Made by a program: the position numbers and the translations under genes
The notes under the pieces: model-generated
What the model was told of the DNA's origin: nothing
Database searches by the model: none
Seen by the model: only the letters and a program-made list of their open reading frames with translations
Part shown: one piece after another, positions 1 through 7,075 of the stretch
Position numbering within the stretch: the stretch's first letter is position 1
Layout: each line of letters opens with the position of its first letter
IMG/VR virus record: IMGVR_UViG_3300020044_007772
Location: 1 to 26,070 of that record
DNA: 26,070 nucleotides
Direction: 5' to 3' (one strand)
From: a virus
Lineage: Duplodnaviria; Caudoviricetes

Positions 1-1
1 C

Positions 2-2200
2 TCATAGTCTAGCCCTTCTCTTTGTTTTTGCAGACGCCCACATATCGTTAAGCGTTGCCGTGTTGGTCCTGCCCACAATCAATGGGCGCTCACTCGCCAT
101 GACCTTAGGGGCCACTTCGCCCCGCCATGCAATAGCCAGCATTCTAAACGCATCCGCGGGATGCGAACAGTTATGAACTATTGCACCGTTAGACAGCGAA
201 AATTCCTCTGCGTCCGGTACGGTTAGGCACCAAACATCAGATTTTTTATTTAGATTTTTGACGCTCTCGATAACGAGCAGTTGCCTGTTTGTCAGCGCCT
301 CTGTCACGGTACGCTTTAACTTTGCAAGCTGACGAACAATATTTTTGAGCGTGTCCAGATTTACGAACCAATGCTTCAAATTGGTTTTTGCATTCAAGGC
401 ATTCTTTTGGCTCGCGCTTCCACTTTGTCCAACTTTTAGACCGCTCTGCATGGCGCTTATGCCATAATCTTCCGGCGTCTGACTTGTGCCACTCAGCGGC
501 TGAAGTTCTTGCTTCAGCAGTGAATGTTCTTTTCGGCTGTCCAGCAAGAGTTTCGCGAAGATGTATTGCGGCTGGCAAACACTCAAGGTTTCCCAGTCGG
601 TTGTTGTTTTTGTCGCCGTCCCTGTGGTGGATGTGGCAGCCATCTGGAATAATCCCAAATGCTGATTTCCAAACATCCCGGTGCAGGTATTTGCCGCCGC
701 GCTTAAAGTATTTATCGCTTTCCCAAATGCGGTAGAGGCCGCCGTCAAAATATTGCGTGATGGGGTCAAGGAAGACTGGATCACTGTACCCGGCGTCAGG
801 GACGCGGCGGATGTCCACCCTGATTCCGTTTTGAATGTGTGATCCGGCGTACATTTCACCGAAAGACCGTCTTTGAACGCCACTTCCACAAGAAGGGCAT
901 TTTTCCGCGTCACACGCGGGTTGATGTATTGCTTCCAGCCACATGATGTCAGAACTTCCCCGCTATAAGGCAGGTCCATTATCCGATGCGTTCCGTAACG
1001 TGTCAATACCTTTGTGTCGCCCGTAAAGCACCAGTTGTGCTTCGGTGCCGCCCGGAATGCCTTCTTGTCTTCGTCATATTCGCGCTCATACTGGCGCAAT
1101 GCCTCAATGCCTTCGCGGCACTTCAGTTCGTCAAACCATACTTTAGGCAGCGTCATACGCACAGCCTGGATGCCATCTTGTACGCCAAGGTCAGGCACAA
1201 CATTGATGTTGGCTAGACCAAGAAATTCCGCCAACTGTTCAATAACAGACTTACCTTGAGCAGCCAAAGTCTTAGCCCTGGCATCATGCGGCAAATAATG
1301 CTTGCCATAATGGTACGGCTTGTTTGTAACAACGTTTGCAATGTCTTCAATACTTGCGCCGGAAACCGCATAATAGTCGATAACGTGTATCTCATTGCGA
1401 GCCACCTGATACCACCAAATTGCCGTGTCATCCCTAAAGCCCAAGTCCCATGCCGTGTACGTCGGCAGGGCAGGATCATACGGAACTTCGCTAATGCGTC
1501 CTTGGTCCTGCGCCTCGCGCATCTCGACGCCATAGAACGCGCCAAGGATCGCAGCCTCAAAGCTGCATTCGTATTCCTGCATATACTGGTCAGGAGAAAC
1601 CTGAGCCTTGACAGCCTCAAGCTCCGTAAGGGGCAAAATCCCGCTGTCAGTTGCCGTCAGCCTGAGAAGAAACCAGTCCTTCGGACTTAGCTTGGCAGTC
1701 TGGTAAATGTCCCAAAACTGGTTCTTACCCTTCGGAGTGCCGCCAAAAACCGCCCAGCCCTGCTTGTCAGATAACGTAGGGCGAATGACATGACCCCATA
1801 CAGAAGGTCGAAAATCGCCATACTCATCCATAAAAATGCCGTCGAAACCCAAACCACGCATAGCATCGGCATTATCAGCGCCAAACAGACGAATGCGTGC
1901 CCCGGTGAGTAAATCGATCTGCAATTCCGCTTCATTCGCAGCCTTCGTTATCGGTTTGCAAAAACGCTTCAAATAATCCCAGGCCACGCTCTTGGCCTGA
2001 CTGCGGTACGGAGCAATATACCCAAATAACGGATTGGGCGTCTTACACGTCACTGCCGCCCGGATAATGTCATTAACAGCCGCTACCGTCTTGCCCGCAC
2101 GGCGATGGGCAACAAGACATGCCCAACGCTGCGTCCGGTTGTGAAACGGCATGAACGCATCACGAGGCAAATATTCAAGTTTTACTTCTTTTCTTGCCAC
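2..2200 (-). CDS. terL: Terminase large subunit precursor (732 aa, contains an intein; ~445 aa after splicing)
   Basis: Walker A-like HRRAGKT, Walker B IFMDEY, GTPKGKN motif, nuclease motif AWDLG. The C-terminal nuclease motif HNW-CSHPADAFR is rebuilt when residues 391-677 are removed. Directly downstream of TerS. Confidence 0.96.
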   Translation of the reverse strand: MARKEVKLEYLPRDAFMPFHNRTQRWACLVAHRRAGKTVAAVNDIIRAAVTCKTPNPLFGYIAPYRSQAKSVAWDYLKRFCKPITKAANEAELQIDLLTGARIRLFGADNADAMRGLGFDGIFMDEYGDFRPSVWGHVIRPTLSDKQGWAVFGGTPKGKNQFWDIYQTAKLSPKDWFLLRLTATDSGILPLTELEAVKAQVSPDQYMQEYECSFEAAILGAFYGVEMREAQDQGRISEVPYDPALPTYTAWDLGFRDDTAIWWYQVARNEIHVIDYYAVSGASIEDIANVVTNKPYHYGKHYLPHDARAKTLAAQGKSVIEQLAEFLGLANINVVPDLGVQDGIQAVRMTLPKVWFDELKCREGIEALRQYEREYDEDKKAFRAAPKHNWCFTGDTKVLTRYGTHRIMDLPYSGEVLTSCGWKQYINPRVTRKNALLVEVAFKDGLSVKCTPDHTFKTESGWTSAASLTPGTVIQSSLTPSRNILTAASTAFGKAINTLSAAANTCTGMFGNQHLGLFQMAATSTTGTATKTTTDWETLSVCQPQYIFAKLLLDSRKEHSLLKQELQPLSGTSQTPEDYGISAMQSGLKVGQSGSASQKNALNAKTNLKHWFVNLDTLKNIVRQLAKLKRTVTEALTNRQLLVIESVKNLNKKSDVWCLTVPDAEEFSLSNGAIVHNCSHPADAFRMLAIAWRGEVAPKVMASERPLIVGRTNTATLNDMWASAKTKRRARL
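170..1030 (-). mobile_element. Intein in TerL (287 aa, class 1 type, Cys1...His-Asn/Cys+1)
   Basis: Block A CFTGDTKVLT, block B VKCTPDHTF (TxxH), block F DVWCLTVPDAEEFSL, block G NGAIVHN followed by extein Cys. Inserted just before the conserved SHxxDA nuclease motif. The in-frame middle shows no LAGLIDADG or HNH motif. Confidence 0.95.
246..854 (-). CDS. HNH homing endonuclease with C-terminal zinc finger, nested out of frame within the intein (start uncertain: ATG 944, ATG 854 or GTG 818)
   Basis: LHRDVW...IPDGCHIHHRDGDKNNNRLGNLECL is an HNH_3-type motif; CLEC...KYCSSAC is a zinc finger. It has its own TAA at 246-248 and lies in the -1/+2 frame relative to terL. Confidence 0.88.
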   Translation of the reverse strand: MYAGSHIQNGIRVDIRRVPDAGYSDPVFLDPITQYFDGGLYRIWESDKYFKRGGKYLHRDVWKSAFGIIPDGCHIHHRDGDKNNNRLGNLECLPAAIHLRETLAGQPKRTFTAEARTSAAEWHKSDAGRLWHKRHAERSKSWTKWKREPKECLECKNQFEALVRKSGHAQKYCSSACKVKAYRDRGADKQATARYRERQKSK

Positions 2201-2484
2201 GAAATAACCAGCTCCACAGGGCCTTCATCCGGGCCAGTTACTTCATTACGAGCCAGCTTAGGCACATGGTACTCAATCAAGTCGGAAAAGCAGTTAAACG
2301 CCGCCCTGGGGCCGTCCTGGGTGTAAACTTCCTCAAGCCAGTCGTTTAGACGGCTAGCATTGCCATCAATGAAGCTCGCAATCATCTCGCGGGCCTTCAT
2401 AGTGGACTTGTCCTTCGAGCCCTTAGGGCGACCCTTGCCACGGCTGGCAGTGTTTCCCTTGGCAAATTTGTTACTTGCGGTCAT
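2182..2484 (-). CDS. terS: Terminase small subunit
   Basis: N-terminal KGRPKGSKDK motif and C-terminal EVTGPDEGPV motif typical of small terminases; overlaps the terL start. Confidence 0.8.
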   Translation of the reverse strand: MTASNKFAKGNTASRGKGRPKGSKDKSTMKAREMIASFIDGNASRLNDWLEEVYTQDGPRAAFNCFSDLIEYHVPKLARNEVTGPDEGPVELVISWQEKK

Positions 2485-2651
2485 GTATCGTCCCGATTCA
2501 TGTTTTTCATAGCCTTAGCCAGTTTTGGCCCTTTGTCAGCGCGGTTGTATTCCTTGGCAACCTTCATGGGGACGCCCGCTTTCTTAGCAAATTTGGGGTC
2601 ATGAGCCGCAGCAGCCATAAAACGACGCTGTTTGTCTGATGTTGAAGGCAT
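2481..2651 (-). CDS. Conserved small basic phage protein (56 aa, MPSTSDKQRRFMAAAAHDPKFAKKAGVP...); not in the ORF track
   Basis: Translated by hand. Its stop overlaps the terS start (ATGA at 2481-2484). Resembles the MPSxSxKQxxFM...FAKK small proteins seen near phage head/packaging genes. Confidence 0.8.
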   Translation of the reverse strand: MPSTSDKQRRFMAAAAHDPKFAKKAGVPMKVAKEYNRADKGPKLAKAMKNMNRDDT

Positions 2652-3050
2652 ATAGCACCAGATTTAGGTGAATCCGAGCAGAATATGGGCGGATTTGGCC
2701 GCGCGGTCAATCTATGGCCCAGCGCAAGGCTTCGTTTTGGGATTTCCCAAAAAATTCCGTGCGGCAAAGGCAACAAGGGCTAGGGGTGGCCCATTTGTGG
2801 GGGGGGCCTATAAATATATCGACCCCACCCCGTCGAAGATGTTTTTGAGAATCAAACTCAAGTTGCCACCGTCGGCATGAGAATGCGAATGAGCCGCACG
2901 CGCAGCATGGCCGGGGCTGGGGTGCGACTAAGGCGCGGTCGCATGGGGCGGGGGTGGGATGAACGCGGGCCGTGCGTGGGGGCATAGCGCCCTGCGCCCT
3001 GGTGCTAGGCCCTACCCCATGCCATGCCTAACAGCCAGCCAGCCAGCAAC

Positions 3051-3200
3051 CTGGACAGCCAGGGTACTACGTACCCCCTGGCTGGTTTGTCCGGCAGGAT
3101 TTTGGTGCTGGACAAAGCCGGACAAAGCCGGACAACCATAGCTATTTAAAAGAACATTGCATGAACTCACCTGGACAAATGCCCTGGACATGGCGTGTCC
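3051..3200. repeat. Cluster of GGACA motifs, including tandem GGACAAAGCC x2.6 and inverted copies; candidate origin/iteron array
   Basis: GGACAAAGCC-GGACAAAGCC-GGACAA at 3110-3135; CTGGACA at ~3051, ~3171 and ~3184; inverted TTTGTCCGG at ~3086 and TGTCCA at ~3196; palindrome GGGTAC-TAC-GTACCC at 3062-3076. Confidence 0.6.
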
Positions 3201-3417
3201 AACGCGGCCAAAACAGCCTTGGGCGGCCCTAGCAATATCAATGGGTTGGCGCGGGTTGACAGAATGACGCATGCAGGCATGTAACATTTCACAGGGCACG
3301 GGCCATGCATAGGCGGGCTCTAACATTTCACGATAATCAATTAAGCCCCCCGCTACCGCATGCGACAGCCTGCCGCATGATATTCCGCCATTTCCCGATA
3401 GATAGGCATTCAATGGG

Positions 3418-3448
3418 TATTGCGCCACGCGCAACGATAGGGCATATT
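3418..3448 (+). promoter_or_regulatory. Candidate early promoter TTGCGC-N17-CATATT overlapped by palindrome TTGCGC-CAC-GCGCAA
   Basis: Lies directly upstream of the RBS (AAGGA) of the first early gene. The same TATTGCGC...GCATATT elements recur on the minus strand at 9253-9282. Confidence 0.55.
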
Positions 3449-3482
3449 CATCTTGTTGAACCGCCAAGCAAGGAACCGCCAA

Positions 3483-3686
3483 ATGATTACAGTGACACAA
3501 TATGAGAAAGACCAATGGTCCCGTATGGCCCATGCCGCATATGCGGATATGCGTAATGCCATCGGCACGAAATACAGTGTCGCCGCTTCCATCCCTAACG
3601 GCGCGCAAATCCCCGTTGCCAAGTATGACGCGCTGCAAAATGGTTGGCGCGCTTGGTTCGTGTTTAGCGACTGGAGCAAAGCATAA
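3483..3686 (+). CDS. Hypothetical early protein (67 aa)
   Basis: AAGGA RBS upstream of ATG 3483; TAATG overlap with the next gene. Confidence 0.75.
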   Translation: MITVTQYEKDQWSRMAHAAYADMRNAIGTKYSVAASIPNGAQIPVAKYDALQNGWRAWFVFSDWSKA

Positions 3687-4267
3687 TGCTAAACCGCGAA
3701 GAATGGCTCTATAACGCCACTCAGGCCTTGCGCGCCCATTTCACGGCGCAGGGCTACACAATCCCCGCCAATGTACGGTCAACATGCGGCTGGCCTAGCA
3801 AAAGCGCTACCGCCCGCAAGAAGCGCCGCATTGGCGAGTGCTGGTCCGATGACGCCAGCGATGGCAAACAGTTTGAAATCTTTATATCCCCCGCTTTGGC
3901 GGACCCGCTTTCCGTCACCGAAACGCTGGCCCATGAACTTTGCCATGCCACCGTGGGGCTCAAGGCGGGGCATGGGGCGGCATTTAAACGCTGCGCCACC
4001 GCCATAGGCTTAACCGGCAAGATGACTAGCACCGAGCCCGGCCCGGCCTTCCGGGCATGGTTTGAGGCTCAGTCTTTCGCCCCCTATCCGCACGAAACCC
4101 TAAACGCCAGCAACGCCGCCAAGAAGCAGGCAACCCGCCTTATCAAGTGCGAATGCCCGGAATGTTTGGCCGAAGGTGCGCCCTACATCGTGCGGGCAAG
4201 CCAATCCACCTTGGACCGGGGCGCACCCTATTGCCCGATCCATAACGTCCCCATGATGCAAGCCTAA
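3686..4267 (+). CDS. SprT-like zinc metalloprotease domain protein
   Basis: TLAHELCH (HExxH), then GHGAAFK, and C-terminal CECPEC...CPIH cysteine cluster. Confidence 0.8.
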   Translation: MLNREEWLYNATQALRAHFTAQGYTIPANVRSTCGWPSKSATARKKRRIGECWSDDASDGKQFEIFISPALADPLSVTETLAHELCHATVGLKAGHGAAFKRCATAIGLTGKMTSTEPGPAFRAWFEAQSFAPYPHETLNASNAAKKQATRLIKCECPECLAEGAPYIVRASQSTLDRGAPYCPIHNVPMMQA

Positions 4268-4273
4268 GCCCTA

Positions 4274-4296
4274 GGGGCGGCCTAACCCGCCGCCCC
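4274..4296 (+). other. GC-rich intergenic hairpin (8-bp stem, no U-tract)
   Basis: GGGGCGGC-CTAACCC-GCCGCCCC immediately after the SprT-like stop codon. Confidence 0.5.
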
Positions 4297-4320
4297 GCCC
4301 TAACCCAAAGGAGAATTATC

Positions 4321-4545
4321 ATGCGTTACAATGCACAACAGCGCCGCGCTTATGGTGAAGGCCTTCGCGCCGGTAAAGCCCGCCTGGACACTATCGCTTG
4401 CCCGTACAAGGCGAATAGCGATAGCGGAATATCTTGGTTCAGCGGTTATTCGGCTGGCAAAGGTAGCAAGCCAGCCTATATGCCGGATTATTCCGACATG
4501 GCGTATGAAAACCAATGCGCCGCCGCTTGCGGGCCGGGCCTATAG
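4321..4545 (+). CDS. Hypothetical protein (74 aa)
   Basis: Strong AAGGAG RBS; in the early gene run. Confidence 0.75.
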   Translation: MRYNAQQRRAYGEGLRAGKARLDTIACPYKANSDSGISWFSGYSAGKGSKPAYMPDYSDMAYENQCAAACGPGL

Positions 4546-4556
4546 CCCGCGCCCTA

Positions 4557-4585
4557 TTGACCCCGCCCTAAACCTTGCGCTACAA
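4557..4585 (+). promoter_or_regulatory. Candidate RpoD-type promoter TTGACC-N16-GCTACAA
   Basis: Matches the alphaproteobacterial TTGAC...GCTANA housekeeping promoter pattern; intergenic and upstream of an RBS. Confidence 0.6.
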
Positions 4586-4620
4586 ACAACCCGCCAAGCC
4601 ACAACAAAGGAAGCCAAGCC

Positions 4621-4989
4621 ATGATTTACAAGCAACACGAAGCCGCCTTTAAAAACGTATCCGCTTACGTCATTGCAGACGCAACCGGCAAACGCGTCGC
4701 CACCATCGCATTTAAGTTCGCAGCCTCCGGCCTTCGCACCACCTGTTACATGCACTGGTTAGGCTCTCCCATGGTTAAGGGCGTTGCTAACGGGGGCGGC
4801 TATGACAAAGCCAGCGCAGCCGCATGGGCAGCTTCGCAGACGATCAAGACCGGCGACGCGGCCAATGCGCCACCGGACGGCGAAAAAATGAACGCCTTTA
4901 TCGCGTTTGTTTCCGCCATAAAAGACGAAGGACGCCACTGGGATCAAGATTTGAAGGCCGCCGGGTTTAACGTGCTGCAGGCGGTATGA
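4621..4989 (+). CDS. Hypothetical protein (122 aa, GxAxGGGYDKxSAA motif)
   Basis: AAGGA RBS; ATGA overlap with the next gene. Confidence 0.8.
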   Translation: MIYKQHEAAFKNVSAYVIADATGKRVATIAFKFAASGLRTTCYMHWLGSPMVKGVANGGGYDKASAAAWAASQTIKTGDAANAPPDGEKMNAFIAFVSAIKDEGRHWDQDLKAAGFNVLQAV

Positions 4990-5180
4990 TTATGACCACG
5001 CAACACACCCCCGGCTTTGTAAGCCCCCATGACAGTGACCGCCTTATCGCCGCCGCGCCGTATTTGCTAACTGCCGGGCAGCATGTTCTTCGGGTAGGCT
5101 GGAACGGCACCTATGCCGAACAGGAAGCTGCGCTGCAATCACTGCGCGCCGCAATCGCCAAAGCAACAGGTGCAGCATAA
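4986..5180 (+). CDS. Hypothetical protein (HTPG...RLIAAAP...AAIAKA type)
   Basis: Motif pattern common in small phage early proteins; coupled to both neighbours. Confidence 0.75.
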   Translation: MIMTTQHTPGFVSPHDSDRLIAAAPYLLTAGQHVLRVGWNGTYAEQEAALQSLRAAIAKATGAA

Positions 5181-5368
5181 TGAGAACGCATTTCCTCAGA
5201 TGGGAAGGCGGCCAAGGAATCGCGGGCACATATTGCAACCGGAGAGGAAGAAAAATAGAGGACCGGCCCGATACTTACAAAGCAATTGTAGATAACCCCG
5301 ACACGTTAATTGTCATAACTGACAAGATTGAGGAAGTGGACTGCCTAACCTGTGTAAAACGTGCCTAG
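5180..5368 (+). CDS. Hypothetical protein (62 aa; H...C...CxxC, possibly metal-binding)
   Basis: TAATG overlap with the upstream gene; ends in VDCLTC. Confidence 0.65.
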   Translation: MRTHFLRWEGGQGIAGTYCNRRGRKIEDRPDTYKAIVDNPDTLIVITDKIEEVDCLTCVKRA

Positions 5369-5431
5369 CCTAGCTTGAAACCGCACCGCACCAAGCCATC
5401 CCGGCAAGGGCGGACCATAAAGGAAAACACA

Positions 5432-5851
5432 ATGCAAAATCAGATGATCGACGGCTTCCCGGTTGTTGACGCCAAGGCGTCGCTCAAGCTGGAAGTTACG
5501 CGCGCCGATTGTAACGCGGCCACTCGCAAAAACCCCGGCTGTTGTGCAGTCGCGAAGGCGTGTGGGCGTGAGCTGAAGATCCGGGGCGTGCGCGTCCACC
5601 TCTCTCGCCTTTACTTGCTTGCTGGTAAGGCTTGGACGCGCTACATCGTTCATAGTTCGCTGCGCCAAGAAATAATCGCCTTTGACCGTGGCGGCAAGTT
5701 CCAGCCGGGCGTTTACACATTCCAAGCGCCAAACCCTAGCAAGCGGTTGGGCGGCCCCGGCGGCGGCAAGCGCAAAAACCGTGGAACAGGCAAGCCGAAA
5801 ACCGTTCGCTCTTATACCTCTGTCAAAGGCGTTCGCGCTTCTGCATACTAA
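5432..5851 (+). CDS. Hypothetical basic protein (139 aa)
   Basis: AAGGA RBS before ATG 5432; protein-like sequence. Confidence 0.8.
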   Translation: MQNQMIDGFPVVDAKASLKLEVTRADCNAATRKNPGCCAVAKACGRELKIRGVRVHLSRLYLLAGKAWTRYIVHSSLRQEIIAFDRGGKFQPGVYTFQAPNPSKRLGGPGGGKRKNRGTGKPKTVRSYTSVKGVRASAY

Positions 5852-5908
5852 CCGCGCCGGGGGGCGTTTAACCGCGCTCCCCATACTGCCACCAGAAAGG
5901 AACCCGCC

Positions 5909-6055
5909 ATGACCGTATACATTCCACCGCCGCTCGTCCCGCATTGGCTCATACGCTTGGCCCAAGCCACGCTAGGGGCCGCTTGCCTCTTGGGCTTGCT
6001 CGCGTCTATCTGGATCGCGCTCTACATATGCAGCGCCATTGCGGGGTCGCTGTGA
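5909..6055 (+). CDS. Small membrane protein (48 aa); not in the ORF track
   Basis: GAAAGGA RBS; MTVYIPPPLVPHWLIRLAQATLGAACLLGLLASIWIALYICSAIAGSL has a hydrophobic helix; TGATG overlap with the next gene. Confidence 0.7.
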   Translation: MTVYIPPPLVPHWLIRLAQATLGAACLLGLLASIWIALYICSAIAGSL

Positions 6056-6303
6056 TGTTTATTCTCACATACCCCGGCGGTAACGCTGCATGGTTCGCGG
6101 ACCTTGCCACCGTGCTGGAACACCTAGAATATGACGCATACAGCCTCAAGGATTGCGGGGCGTACAGGCTCAACCCCGACAAGACCTGGAGCGACGCCAC
6201 CAAGCGTATCGAGGCCGCCTTGGCCGAGCATGAAGAAGAAATGGCTTGGGACCGCGACCATGAGGCGTTCATTTCCAGCCCTGAACGAACCGGGCGGCTG
6301 TGA
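6055..6303 (+). CDS. Hypothetical protein (82 aa)
   Basis: TGATG coupling at both ends; 3' part of track ORF 5944..6303. Confidence 0.7.
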   Translation: MFILTYPGGNAAWFADLATVLEHLEYDAYSLKDCGAYRLNPDKTWSDATKRIEAALAEHEEEMAWDRDHEAFISSPERTGRL

Positions 6304-6470
6304 TGGACAAGCTCAAGCCAATACCCCACGCCACCCGCTGCCGATGCGGTACTATGTTACCGCAAGGATCAACTGCCCGCTGGGACAGGGCAAATCGCCT
6401 GTATTACGATTGCCACCTTTGCCGTCCCCGCCCGCAACCCAAGCCCGAAAGGCTCGACCATGAATCGTGA
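6303..6470 (+). CDS. Small Cys-containing (zinc-ribbon-like) protein (55 aa); not in the ORF track
   Basis: MDKLKPIPHATRCRCG...YYDCHLCRPR...; starts in a TGATG overlap. Confidence 0.6.
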   Translation: MDKLKPIPHATRCRCGTMLPQGSTARWDRANRLYYDCHLCRPRPQPKPERLDHES

Positions 6471-6546
6471 AGGATGTTTAATTGTCATTGTCTCTGCCGT
6501 TTCGTTTTGGGCGGCTGTTGTCGGTCTAATCTTGCTGTTCACATAG
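6460..6546 (+). CDS. Single-helix membrane microprotein (28 aa); not in the ORF track
   Basis: GAAAGG RBS; MNREGCLIVIVSAVSFWAAVVGLILLFT fills the gap before the next RBS. Confidence 0.55.
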   Translation: MNREGCLIVIVSAVSFWAAVVGLILLFT

Positions 6547-6555
6547 GAAGAAACC

Positions 6556-6744
6556 ATGCCACACCACGACAAAGAGGCCCGCGCCGTGCTGGCTGACATT
6601 TTAGATAGCTGCGAAACTGTCGAGCATTATCTTGATGTCATTTGGCGGCAACGTGCGCGCGAAGAGCGCGTCTCGTCTAACGGCTGGCCGTATAAACCAA
6701 GCAGCGGAATTGAGCAGTCAAGCAAGCTGCGGAAGGTCAAATGA
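6556..6744 (+). CDS. Hypothetical protein (62 aa)
   Basis: AGGA RBS; ATGA overlap with the next gene. Confidence 0.7.
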   Translation: MPHHDKEARAVLADILDSCETVEHYLDVIWRQRAREERVSSNGWPYKPSSGIEQSSKLRKVK

Positions 6745-6998
6745 AAGCCGCCGACTTCCTAGCCCAAACCCAAGCTATAATCCGCGAACGCGGCGAGCAA
6801 TATGGCGACGCACGAACGAACATGGCTGACACAGCGCGCCGCTGGTCCGGCGTCCTGGGCGTACCAGTGACGCCCGCTCAGGTGGCCGTGATGATGATTG
6901 AGCTGAAATTGAGCCGGATGAAAGCTGGCATAAAGCTGGACAGTGTGACAGACATTGCCGGGTATGCCGCCATACTCGCAGAACTAATAACAGACTAA
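6741..6998 (+). CDS. DUF6378-like small helical protein (nucleotide-metabolism-associated family)
   Basis: ERGEQYGD...QVAVMMIELKLSR...DSVTDIAGYA motif. Confidence 0.7.
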   Translation: MKAADFLAQTQAIIRERGEQYGDARTNMADTARRWSGVLGVPVTPAQVAVMMIELKLSRMKAGIKLDSVTDIAGYAAILAELITD

Positions 6999-7000
6999 AC

Positions 7001-7074
7001 GCACCCGCCTTGCTCCCTTGGGGGCGGTGTGCGGCTCCCCCGGTGTGTGGCTTGGCGGTTTCCGCCGGGGGGGC
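7001..7074. terminator. GC-rich hairpins between convergent genes; candidate terminator region
   Basis: GCACCCGCC...GGCGGTGTGC, CCCCCGG...CCGGGGG and GGCGG-TTT-CCGCC stems; no clear U-tract. Confidence 0.45.
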
Positions 7075-7075
7075 A

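Noticed and set aside
780-944. Programmed -1 frameshift fusing the intein N-terminus to the HNH
   Set aside because: No canonical X-XXY-YYZ slippery heptamer was found by eye where both frames are open. Internal initiation is simpler, though a frameshift is not strictly excluded.
170-1030. Class 3 intein (suggested by Cys in block F)
   Set aside because: Cys1 is present, and the block B Trp and block G Thr of the WCT signature are absent.
3110-3135. CRISPR-like or microsatellite array
   Set aside because: The 10-bp units are contiguous with no spacers; the Cas4-like gene is an ordinary phage recombination nuclease with no other cas genes.
3012-3638. 208-aa minus-strand ORF across the control region
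   Set aside because: No motif, runs antisense to an early gene and through the repeat and promoter region, and is not coupled to any neighbour.
5345-5965. 206-aa antisense ORF over the 5432-5851 gene
   Set aside because: Shadow ORF in GC-rich DNA; unlike 17842-18498 it does not join the stop and start of same-strand neighbours.
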